From the NCBI GenBank assembly GCA_050084985.1, contig JBITNC010000001.1, positions 135,036,001 to 135,100,000 on the forward strand: a stretch of DNA of 64,000 bases. The letters run 5' to 3'. The notes under the pieces were generated by a model, which made no database searches, was not told where the DNA came from, and saw nothing but the letters and a program-made list of their open reading frames with translations. Shown in pieces: positions 48,311 to 60,649 of the stretch. Position numbers and translations under genes: made by a program. Each line of letters starts with the position of its first letter. The stretch's first letter is position 1. The DNA comes from Nageia nagi. Taxonomy: Eukaryota; Plantae; Pinophyta.

Positions 48311-48849
48311 ATTTGCGCATTGGTCCTCCTTCTCTTAAAGTCATTACATTCATTTTCCGTATTGTTAGTTAGAAACTTAGAAGTAGCAGTCCACACAGAT
48401 TTAGAGAACTCCTGCCCGCATCTTTTAGCCTGTATATTACGAGGATAAAATCTTGTAGAAGTTCACAGAGATTGACTGAAGGGATAGGCATGAATAACGC
48501 TTGGGAAGCCTTCAGAAATCTATCCTTAACCCCAAAAATAATGCTTCGGAAGCCTTTACCATAGAGGTTTGATGAAATACCATAGAGGTTTGATGAAATA
48601 CCAATTCTCCTCCTTTTTATAGTCTCTTAAAAGCCTTTAACAGTTGAATTCAATTATTGTATTTGTACGACAAAATTTAGCTCCACGTCCAACCAAAGCT
48701 ACTTAAATATCTGATTCTTGATGTTTTATTAGTTTACCTTGTAAAGCAACGAAAAATAAAAGTATATCTGTTAAAAAAATATTAATTAAAATTTATGCAA
48801 TATTTTACATAGTTCAATATTTTTCCACTTCGACTTGTTATAAGTATTT

Positions 48850-51800
48850 TGTAAGGAATCTCTTTTCCAACATGAAATTTTTGCTCTTTTCTCTTGAGAT
48901 CAGCATGTTGTTTGTATATCATAGGACTCTTCTTCAAATTATTCTTTAATTCCTTACATACCTTATGCATATACTTCATAAATTTTTTTCTATAGCATTT
49001 TGTCTTCTTAAATTCACAATACTTTTCAAATCATTTATCCCTTTAAGATTAAATCCATATACAATTTGAAAAGGATTTTTCACTATACTCCTATAAACTA
49101 AATTGTTGATGTAGAACCAATCACACTTTAGTGGTTCACCTGTAATCAAGTATTCTAATAGACCCTCCAATAAGAAAAAATACATGCAAGACTAGAAAAA
49201 GGTGAAAGGAATAAAGAAATTTTATTATGCTAATTATGATAGCATAGATTTTTCAGGTAAAATAGATAAATTCCTCTTCTTTTTATAAAGAATTAATAAT
49301 TTATACACTACAATATAAAATGAAATAAGGTACATACTCATAAGTCAATTTACCAATTGATTGCAATTTACATGTTAGGGTTTTGACTACGATTTGATTA
49401 GAATTTAGGCATTAGGGTTTTGGTTGTAACTCAACTACAACCTATGTGCTAGGGTTTTGGCTACAACCCATTTTCTCCAAGTCAACATTTAGGATGTGGC
49501 CAAATGATCAAAGCAATGTGATGAATAAAGCTCTTCGAAGACCTACACCCAAACCTATGAAAACTTAGGTCAATGTGGTCATAAGAGAGAGTCTTAATGA
49601 TGTGATAGAAGCAAAATTAGAGGCAAAATTGTTGGAGATGTGGCTAGGCTGATTATCTTGAATATTTTTTGGAAATCCAAATAAATAAGTACAAGAATAC
49701 TCTTATTAGGAGATTCATCAAGATCAAACCTAATTTAGATTAGATTCAAAAATAGATCTTTTAGTATTAGAAGCCGGTTGGATAGGTGGAGGTGGTAGCT
49801 CTCCCATGAGAGTTTACATTCTTCAAATTCACAAATGATGAGGACCTTAAAAAAATTCTCAAATTAGGACCATGGTTTCTTGGTCGCAAAGGATTAGTCC
49901 TGAAATCATGACACTTAGGTTTCATCCCAAATAAAGAGAATATTGATCTAGTTCCAATTTGAGTTAACCTACCTTATCTCCCATCATACTATTGGGATAT
50001 GAGTGTAATTTTAGGAATTCCTAATTTGATCGATTCACTAGTTTTGATTAATAAAGTGACACACCTTGGGAGTAGAATGATAGAGGCATGCTTCTATGTG
50101 AATATCGATATAACCAACAAACTCGAGAATAAAATTTAATTGGATGAAGAGGATGGTGGAATATGGGAGCAAATAATCATATATGAGAACCCACTTGTTA
50201 GATGCAAATTTTATAGTAAATTTGGTTATTTTGCTCGAAAATGCCTGGAAAAGGAGGAGAGAATGGAGATCCCAAAGCCACAAGAAAAATGGATGACCAT
50301 TCAACCAACTTATCATTAGAATATAGCTCCAATGGTACAATTCCATATAGGGTTGAATGCTTCAATCCCTTTCAAACTTTGGTCCCTATCAACAAAAATA
50401 GAAAAGCCCTCATGGTATAATTCCATCAAGGGTTGAATGGTCCAATCCCTTTCAAGCTTTGGTCCGTATTGAGAATAATCTATCCAAGTAATTGAGCGAT
50501 ATATAGATTGAGGAATTGAAGGAAAATGATAATATGGAGATTGAAACATCTAGAAAAGAGATAGTGCATGTTGATGTATCTTGCAAAAAAGTTCATAAAA
50601 GGAAAATATAAAAGAATGATCTAAATAAAGAAGGAAGAAGGCATTTTTCTAAACCATATTGACAATTAAAAATTTGAACATGTAGAAAGTGCATAAATCA
50701 AGGAAAATTTGTAAAGAAGTTACAACTAGATTTGTTGGAAGAATCCAAAATTCAATACAAAAAGTTAGAGAAGAAGGGAAGCCATATGAAAAGAAAATAG
50801 GAGAAAACACTCTAAAGTAGGCTAATGGTACTCAATCCACTTTTGGGTTGAGTAAGGATTTTTGGCCTAAAAATAGTATAGTATAGAAAATGAAAAAAAT
50901 GAAGATACAATTAGTATACGGTCAGGATTCAATATACTTCCAAATGAAGATACAATAATTTGTGGGTTTGGCCTTTTACAATAAACATTGATAGATTAGG
51001 TTACATTTTGACTTTCAATAGGATACAATTAGAAAATTTAGTTGATTTTAGATAGATTTTATAGATAGTATTGGCTTTGTTATGTAGTTTTGGCCACTAG
51101 TACGATGTTATTAGTGGCAGATGATGCTACATGATATTATAATTTTTTTCTGGAATAGGTTACGGGTCCTTATAAAATCTTATTTTTTTACCCTTTACCA
51201 AAAAAAATATAAAATGAAAATGAAAATAGAATCCTTAATCAAATGTGTCCTACTTTTTTTAAAACTTCCTGAATTTGTGGTTTTCTAACAAATTCCCATA
51301 TTTAGAAGAACATACCCCTTTATTTTCTCAATTGATTTTATCATTGTAGTAGCTAGTAGAGACAAATTAACTCTTCATTAGTCACACACTCAACAATTAG
51401 ATAAATCTCCCTAGTGCATTACTCTCTCTACCAATGAAGGCTTTTAACTCTGATTTCAACCATCTCCACCATGATATTATGTGCAAGTTCTATATCCTCT
51501 TGTATTAGTTGTTATACATAAAATCTAGTAGTGGTATTGTAGTATCCCATAGATTTATCTTCTTTTTGACCAAATATCTCAATAAGTTTTCAAGACTTAT
51601 ATTGTTAACCTCCATTTTCTCATCACTTCATGGATGATATGTTGAACTAAAATTCAACTTAGTTTACACTTTCTTGCATAAATTCCTAAAATATTTTTAT
51701 ATTTATCCAAGTTAATGATATTTGATAATCCATGCAATCTTACCACTTCTTTAAAAATTAATGTAGTAATGTGAGTGACATCATTTGTCTTCTTCTAAGG

Positions 51801-54800
51801 TATGAAATATGCCATCTTTAAAAATATATCAAAAATAATAAAAATAATTCTATATCTTTTTGAGTTCTTTGTAGCCCAATAATGTAATCCATGCTCACAT
51901 CTTCCTAAGGTCCCTCTAGTATAGGCAATAGTTGATACAAATTAATGTTTTGACTCCTTCCTTTAGAATGTTGATAAAATCTATAGTTTTGTATAATTTT
52001 TTTTTTCACATTTACACTCATTTTCTATCAAAATTAAATATTATAAAGTTATCTCAATATTTTATCCATCTCAAAAAGCTCACCTAGACCTACATTTAAG
52101 GTTAATTTTAGCCATGAATCTTTGCTTATAAGCGAAGTTTAGTATTTTAGATATTCTAGAAGTACCAGATAATTCAAAGTCACCAAAATTTTATAGATAT
52201 TTTAAATTATATGGTTTGACTCCCCAAAATAATTTAAGCCTTTAATTGCTTTTGTATAATCATTAAGCCTATGAAATAGATTATAGAAATAATCATCATA
52301 TCACATAACCAAATCACCTCTTACATCCATTTGATATAAATAAATACTATACCCTAAACTATAATACATAGTTGATATGCATCAAATATTACCAAATCCC
52401 TTTAATCATTTGATTGTTATTGGAAATGATTTATAATTAATTTGCAATGACCAAATTAGATTTTATCATTTTTATTTAATCATTTCGATATACAAGTATT
52501 ACCAAATAACTAAAGGTCACAATTGCAAATATTTGATTGCATGATGCAATCGTATGGTTACAAGATACAACTATCTTCTTATTTTTCCCTATTATAAAAA
52601 AATAGAGAATTTTTTATTTTCATGAGAAAAAAATAGGCAATAAACAAATTGCCATAATTTTCTCTTTATTTATCTTTTTTATAAGTTAATTCCTTTTATT
52701 TCTAAACACCATTAGATAAAAATTGCCATTGCAAATTAGATTCACCTTAGTTTATAAAAAAAAAAAACTAAGCTACATTCTATTTAATCTATAATAGCTT
52801 TTAGATTTTTAGGGTCCATCTACAAATATTTCTTCAAAACGATAAATCCTAAGTAGATTAACTTTATAAATATGTACCTTTTTAAATTCACCAACAAATT
52901 TTCTTCCTTCAATATTTGTGAAATCAATCTAAAATGCACCAACTACTCTTATTTACTTTTATTAAACACTAAAATATCATTTAAATAAAGAACTACAAAC
53001 TTACCAATAAATGAATATATTCATAGCTTATACAACCCATTTTGTCTAAAGTGTTGCATCTTAACAATGATAGTTTAGAAGGCTAAAACCTCTAAAGTAC
53101 TTATGGAGATAGACTAAGTTATAAGAAACTCTATAAAATTATTTTCTTGGAGAAAGACTGGACAATACAAAGTCTTGCAATAACCTTTCCAATTTCTAGT
53201 AAAAATATTTAGAAGGAACTTAATAAGAAAAGTAGTAAATATGGTTCTTACTAATACCTTAGAGTGAATTTAGAATTTTCTTGCTTGATTGTGCTTTTGG
53301 ATGATCTAAAATACAAAAGGAATTCTTATAATTTCACTATTTTTTCTACCATGATCTATTTTCATTAGAAATGAAAGAGCCACTCTAGAATAGGTGAGTC
53401 AAACTATCTATAATAGAGGGTTTTATGTCATTATATGCTAGGATCATAGGCTTGAAAAAATATGTCCAACCTTTGAATCATTTGTTTAAAATATGTTTCA
53501 TCCTCAATTAAGGTGAGGAAGGAATTATCTACAATGTGAATAATGAGTATATCAATCTATCTATTAGGAAAGTATATTCATCTAACTACATCACTAGATA
53601 CCTTGTATGAGAAAAAGTAGTTGAGATCTCCAATTGTAAGCACATATAGTGAAGGTACAAAAAGCTAATCTTATATTATTGAAAAAAAGATCCCTACAAT
53701 CTCCAATTAAAATTTATTTATGGTAAACATAATAGACACATCAATAAATAATAGTTTTACAAAATAAAATAAATTTATTATCATATTTTAAATCCTTAAG
53801 GATTACCAATATTAAAACCATTCAATTTTATCATATGATTTTTTAAAGCTAATTTTTACAATTAAGGTAATTTGATTACATTTATAAGTCCATCCCATCA
53901 TATCTTCCTATACAATCATAATATTTTCTAGGTTATGCCTATAGTATATGATATCTATATACTTTACTCAAATAATCAAGGGGAGCATGTGATAAATTTT
54001 AAGAGATAGGTATTTTGTGATAACTTTGTAAGAAACATTAAGCAATGATATTTGGTATCAATTTGAGATAAGCTCTAAATGTGTAAGTTTATTAATTTTT
54101 TTGATTTCCCTTTATTGATAAGAGCATCAAAGTGGTAGTAAGCATGGATTCTTGATAAACATGGTGTAGATCAAGGTAAAACTTGATCTTAAATTAGTTT
54201 GTAGAATTTGCATGGGAATCCATATACATTAGGTCCTCTATAATTCACCATCTAAGAGAGTGTTTAAAAGAGATTCTTAATGGAGAGAGGATTTTCATAA
54301 TTAACGTTATAAGACTCTAAGAATCTAATAATCATCACTACAAACTATTCTTACAAGTACTTTTCTTTGTAATGGGAGATATAGTTCAAAGAGAAGCCTT
54401 ATTAATAGTGGTGAATAAATGCTTAGATGTTGGTTCGTAGAGTCTTGATTTAAGTCAATCCATGATGAGGTTGAATACATTGGAAGAAATGCTTTAAACA
54501 TGATCTCCAATCTTATGCTAATAAATTTTGGCTTTAATTTGAGCTTCATGAGCCTCATAAACTTGTATAATATTGACTTGATAAAAAGCTTAGAGGATAT
54601 GCTATGGTAGAGGAGCATTTAGAGGATAAGGCTCAAGCTTGAGAGAAGCCTTATCAAGATATATATTTAAGATTTCATTTAAGTATTGATATTTTATCTT
54701 TACAATTTTCTATCTAAATATTCATAAATAAATATTGATAAGATTATTTTACCATTATTCATCCTCAAACTTCAATGGGGGAGGAAACAAGTTCTAGATT

Positions 54801-54930
54801 CTTTTTATTTAAAGACCTAATATGTGATGGTGAAAAATGATGGTGATTATCAAAGATTGCATTGGGAAATATTGATACCAATAATAATAGGATAATTTTC
54901 AAATGAGACTATGTTTAAAATTAGCTTCAA
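48850..54930 (-). mobile_element. Gypsy pol fragment plus L1 ORF2, copy E, with insertions
   Basis: ORFs 48782-49185 (KNPFQIVYG, YKQHADLKR); P*EDVSMDYI (~51885-51910); junction ~53020; L1 HIVDNSFLTLIEDE (~53495-53540). Confidence 0.82.
49326..51205 (+). mobile_element. ORF1-only L1-derived non-LTR element with A-tail and 14-bp TSD
   Basis: ORF1 (DUF4283/zf-CCHC-type) remnants FKFTNDEDLKKILKLGPWFLGRKGLVLK, VPI*VNLPYLP and YENPLVRCKFYSKFGYFARKC. Tail CCCTTTACCAAAAAAAA. TSD AATATAAAATGAAA at 49312-49325 and 51206-51219. Confidence 0.82.
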
Positions 54931-57900
54931 ATGGTTCAAACCTTATGGAGACATCTTTAGTGAAGTTAGGTAACTATGTTTGAACCTTTTCCTAGAATTC
55001 CAATACCTTATTGATATAGGAAACATGAAAGACTAGATGAACTTTGGATAATTCAGGTAATTCTAACTTTTATACAACTAGTCCAATGTGTTGGAGAATT
55101 TTGTAAGGCCAATAAAACTTTGGATCCAATTGTTGGTATCCTTTTTTCTTCAAAGATTTCTACTAATATGGTTGAGGTTGTAGGAAACCATTTCCTCTTC
55201 TTGGAATTCTCTTTCTACCCACTTTTGATCAACATGTTGCTTTATATTATGTTGAACTATTTGCATATTCTCCTTAATAAGATGAAGGATGTCTCCTCGA
55301 TTGATTAAGGTGGTATCAACTGCTTTAACATTGGTGTTGACTAGAATATAAGAACCACTATGGGTGGAGCTTAACTATATAATGCTTCATAGGAGGTCAT
55401 CTTAATGGAAGTATGATATTAAGTATTATATCACCATTCTACCAAAGGAAAACCGCTTAACCTAATGAACTAGTTGGGTTGAAGCAAAGCAACATAGATA
55501 AGTCTCTAAGAACTTATGAATAATTTTTATTTGACTATTTGTTTTAGGGTGATAGGAAGAACTCATATTTATATGAGTACCTTGAATCTTGAATAACTCT
55601 TTCCAAAACTTATTAGTAAATATTGAGTCATGATCACTAAGGTAGAAGGCATACTATGGAATTTGATAATGTTATCAAGAAAAAGTTGGGCTACATTGAT
55701 AGCCTTAAAAGGATGAGCTAATAATGTAGGAATATACATACTTAGATATCCTATCCACTACCACCATGATAAAAAATTTACCCTATGATTTTTGGAGGTC
55801 TTCGATGAAATCCATCAAAATATAAATCCAACTTCATGTTGGTAGGCGTAGGAGTTAAAGTAGTCCAAGGGTGCCAATGGTATAACCTTTTTATCATTGA
55901 AAAATGTCACATTCAATAATAAATTTTGTGATATATTATTTAATCCACATCAATAAAAAGATTAGGCCACTCATTTGTATATTTTTAGAAACTTAGAGTG
56001 CCTTGTAGATGAAGCAAAATGTAACTATTTCAAATTATTACGTCACAACATGAAGAATTGGAAGGTAGTGCAACATGACCTTTGAATTGAAGAATCCCAT
56101 CATGCTAATAAAAGTTAGGTTTTCTAAAAGGATCAATATGAAGTTGTTGAATCAATTTCTAAATAGATTTTTTATAGAGTCACTCTTATTTAGTCATTAA
56201 GGAACTAGAAAGGATATTACCTGTAGTGCTATAGGCTCCTCAAACTTTTGACAAAGGGCATAAACAATCATATTTTATTTTTCCTTTCTATACACAATCT
56301 CATAATCATACCCCAAAATTTTAATGGCCCAATTTTATTTTTCAAGGGTTAAAAGTTATTGTTCCATAAAATAATACAAACTATGATGATCTATATGAAT
56401 CAAGAAAATATCGATCAGTGAGATATGATTACCACCATTGAATAACATTAAGAAATGCTAACATTTCTTATTTCATATGTGGATTTCACCAAATGTTTAC
56501 TTGATAAGGTGTTGTTGGTGAAATCCAAGGTTCATCTCTCTTGCATCAAAATGAATTTGAGTCCCACTTTGAAAGCATCACTCTTAATGATAAAGGTTTT
56601 TGAGAAATTTAGCATGGCTAAGACTAGGTTGGAATCATGGATTCCTTTCATTTATGAAAAAATCTTCAATAATATGAATTCATATGAAAGCATTCTTTTT
56701 TAGCAAAGTTGTTAGTGGGGTCGTAATCTTACCATAATCCTTCATAAATTTATGGTAATACCTAGTTAATCTTAGGAATCCACATAAGCCTTTAAGTGAC
56801 TTAGAAAGAGGATAACTCTTCATATCTTTGATCTTAAGAGGATCTACCTTAAAATCATCTTTAGAAATAATGTGCCCAAGATACTTAATCCCCTTTTGTT
56901 CAAAATAATATTTGGAACACTTGACATATAATTGATGATCTTGGGCAATTTGTAAGGCCTGATCTAAGTGGGACAAATGATCCTTAAAATGCTTGTTGTA
57001 GATCAATATATGATCAAAAGAAAAAAAATTCTAGGGTGAGATAAAAACACTTGATTCATCATAATATGGAAGGTGTAAAGAGCATTAGTAAGACCAAATA
57101 TGATTACTAAAAATTCATAATGAATTTGATGTGTATAGAAAGCTATTTTTTAAATATCTTATTCATGGAGCATATCCCCACGTAGTTCATCTAATGATTT
57201 ATTAGAGATCCAATTTAGAAAAATATTTAAACCCATGTAATTCATCCAACAATTCATTGATGATCAAAATAGGGAACTTATCCTTGAGTGTGAATTTGTT
57301 GAGAGCCCAAAAGTTGATGTACATGCACCAAAACTCATGCTTCTTATGGACCAATAACTTAGGAGAGGAGTAAGGGCTTATGTTGGGTCAAATGATACCT
57401 CATCCCAACATATTATGTATCAATTTCTTAATTTTATTATTCTATTGATAGGGATAGTGATAAGATCAATGTTGGATGGTTGACTTCACCAAATAAGTTG
57501 GATAGTATAACCATGAGGGCGATGTGGAGGCAACCCTTTTGGTTCTTCAAAAATACCTACACGATGTGCCAACATTTTTTATAGTTCTTCCAATTCATCA
57601 TGTCCTTGCTTAATCAATTGAATTGAAAATAGTTGTGACACCATTCTTTTTCCTTCCTTTCAAATAAGCTTCTCCATACGATGTGAACTAATGATTTCTA
57701 ATGGTCCAAAGTGTAATCCTTTGAGGGTATATTTGTATCCCTCAATAATGAATTGCATCCAAATCTAAGAAAAATCTCATAAGATAGGTTCCAACATCCT
57801 CAACAATTGAGCTCCAAGCACCACATCACATCCTCCCAATGTAAGGGCATACATGTCACTTTGCACTTGATAGTGTCCCATAGCGAGTTTTACATTGCAA

Positions 57901-59800
57901 TATTTACCTTTACATGCAATATTTCCACCAAACTACCAATTTCATCACTTTAAAAATATTCTAAGGTTGTATATATCAGTTACTCTTTTTAGCTACCTTT
58001 AGTAAATGAAATTGTGTGTGCTCCCTAAGTCGATCAACATAATGAGAGTCTATTATTTGAAATATCTATGATATTTCATAGTATAAGGGGAAGAAAATCC
58101 TGAAAGGGCATTACAAGAAATTTTAAGAGTATCTTTAATGGTGTTATCAAGTTCATTTTCTATATACACAATTGCATCCTCATATTCCTCCTATATTGAC
58201 TCCTTCAGGGTATTAACATCTAACAAATATAATTTTTATGTGGTGTATTGATGGTTTAGCCCATATTTTTTATCATAATTATAATAAATAATTTTTCCCC
58301 TATGCTCCTTAATTTCCTTAGTATTAAGTCACTTAACCGATAATTGATAACTTGGTTTTGGATAAAATTGAGAATTTTGTGGTTTCCCAAATGGTTCACT
58401 TGCTTACGCTAAGCAATTAACTTCTCTTAAACTAATTTAGTGAGCCCAATAACTACCATCATATTATCAAGATTGAACATATTTAGTTCTACTCAAATTT
58501 CTTCTTTCAACCCATTAATGCAATAACTATTTTTAAAGGATTCATATAATCCTTTTGTACAATTGGTGAGCTTCTCAAACAAAGTTTGTATTCTTTTACG
58601 ATTATTTAGTATTCATATAATCCTTGTGTTGATTGTTAAATGAGTTCCAAGTTCTTTCTCAAAGTGTTATATTTGGAATCCATAGCTGCTAGTGTTTGCT
58701 AAAGAGTGGTAAAGGAAGTTTGGTGATTGACTTCACCAACCAATTCACTAATATGATCAAACCTTTAGGATAATCGATCATAGTATTGAGATAGTCTCTC
58801 ATCAACCCTATTACTATTCATAGAAACTACTATTTTTGGAAACTATTATTTTTAGAAAATAAAAAATGTATGGGTTATATATATCTAAACAATCAATACA
58901 AAAAGGACAATGGGATAGGTATCAATTTAAAAAAAAAAAACTATTACTAAAGGTAATGAGAATTCACTCTTAGATTTTGCTAATTATTCATAGTTTGGAA
59001 GATATCAACTCCAAAGTTTTTACCTATTTTGGAACCTACCATTTTTATGCTTAAAATAAAGGATTTTCAAAATGGATAAAAATTAGGGTACAAATTTTTA
59101 AAAATATTTGGGCATGATTTCTACTAAAAAAGGATAAAATCTAGGACTTCATCTCGATCTGAATAAAATGAGTCTTTCAAATCTAGAAAAAATTAATAGA
59201 GTTTTGGTTAGAAAATGGATAAAATCTAAGGCTTTAACTCAATTCGTCTTCATTAGAATGACCTTCTATCTTCAAATCTAGAAAAAATGGTATTTTTTTT
59301 TTTGGAAAATGGTTAAAATGTAGGTCTTCAACTCAATATGACTTCTTAAAATCTACCCATAAGTAGCCAAAATTGAAGTTGTAATACTAGATTTTAGGAA
59401 CCCAAAAGATCTAATGAGGGTTTTTAGCTAAAATAGCAAAAAAATGTGAAACAACAATGGATTAAAATTACAACAATATAACAACTCAAGCAATGTGATT
59501 CAAAATAATACTAAGATAACAAAAATAGAATAACTTTATTGATAGCAAATTAATCGCAGGTTGCTTCAAGGGGGATTCCTCAGGTTACAACTCAAAAGAC
59601 TATATTATCCAAGATAATCTCCTATCCCCTTTTACACATTTATAGTCATGCTACCCTACCCTTAATTGGTAGTTCATTACAAAATGACAATTCAAATTAT
59701 AAAAATGTGATGGTCCACCTTACAAGTTAATACACACTGATGATTAAAATATTTAAATTAAACAACTAACATAAGTAAATATTAGGATATGGGATCCTAA
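54930..59800 (-). mobile_element. Ty3/gypsy chromovirus-type element (gag, protease, RT, RNase H, integrase, probable 5' LTR), 3' end deleted
   Basis: Protease IMLIDLGSTHNF (~58010-58045), RT FGLTNA (~57085) and ORF 56680-57006 (YLGHIISK..GFLRLTRYYHKF), integrase MSSSYHPKTNSQ (~55530-55567), LTR-like sequence ~59490-59800. Confidence 0.88.
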
Positions 59801-59804
59801 TAAA

Positions 59805-60600
59805 TCCACTACTTGTCTATGACCATATAAAGTTTTCTTAAGATAGTGCTTGAGGAGATTTGATATTGAAGTGTCTGTCCATGAAAGAGTAGTCTTTAAT
59901 CTTATGTGTCAAGGATTAGAAATGAAAGAAAGTATTATGTAGGTTGATATAAACCACTCATTATTGAAAGCAATTTTCATTTACTTTAAAATCTTTAATA
60001 TCCCAAAAGGAATGTATTTCAATGCAGAAATATTTATGAGATTAAACAACATAAAATTTAAACTATTCCATACAAATAAACTTAATTAAGAGAATCACCA
60101 ATAATTGTAATTCTACAATAGTATAAAATTGATATGTTGCACTATTACTCTATTTAGATACAAAGTAATAAAAATTCATATTTATGAAAGTGAAACTTCT
60201 AATTTCAATCACTATTTTACAACATTAATAAAAACACAACAAAGATCCATGAGATCAAAATTATAATTAAGATGTATCTAACCTTAGAAAATAATAATTT
60301 CCTAATTATTACTATAATATATTTTTAAAAGCTATAAAAACATTCAGTAATATCATATATTTATAGTTTTGTCACTTCTATAACATTTATTATCTATAAC
60401 TTATGTATCACACATTATCTCTTGCTATTTTACTTACAAGTGTTATTTTATAATAGTGGATTATATAAATTAGTTAGGATTTAAATATTTGGCACTTTTT
60501 ATATAATAAAATATGTTTTAGTAATATTTTCATTGAGTTAAAATAAAATAAAAATTATAGAAAGATGTCAACATAAAGAGCCAAAGCCTAGAATTGAAAA
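59805..60600 (-). repeat. L1 ORF1 end of copy E and decayed start of the copy F 5' flank
   Basis: Aligns with 46985-47670 and 26420-27270, and stops at AAAGAGCCAAAGCCTAGAA plus an A-run. Confidence 0.8.
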
Positions 60601-60649
60601 AAAAAAAAAAGCCCAAAACAAAAAGAATGTATTATGTGAAATTTGACAA

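Larger units (their letters stand above)
20757..60600 (+). repeat. Tandem segmental array of the SCPL exon-1 / gypsy / L1 module (copies A-E plus start of F)
   Basis: Homologous 5'-flank blocks begin at ~20757, ~27180, ~44200, ~47585 and ~60520. Exon/intron-start blocks at 21711, 28680, 32027, 44862 and 48201. The same gypsy/L1 junction occurs at ~24315, ~31485, ~35858 and ~53020. Confidence 0.93.

Noticed and set aside
48557-48603. Perfect 21-bp tandem repeat (similar short doublets at ~35292-35346, ~43720-43810, ~50349-50470) as CRISPR-like or functional arrays
   Set aside because: Only two units each and no repeat-spacer series. These are ordinary slippage duplications in eukaryotic DNA.
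52100-52740. AT-rich insertion specific to copy E
   Set aside because: I could not define termini, a TSD or coding motifs, so no call was made.
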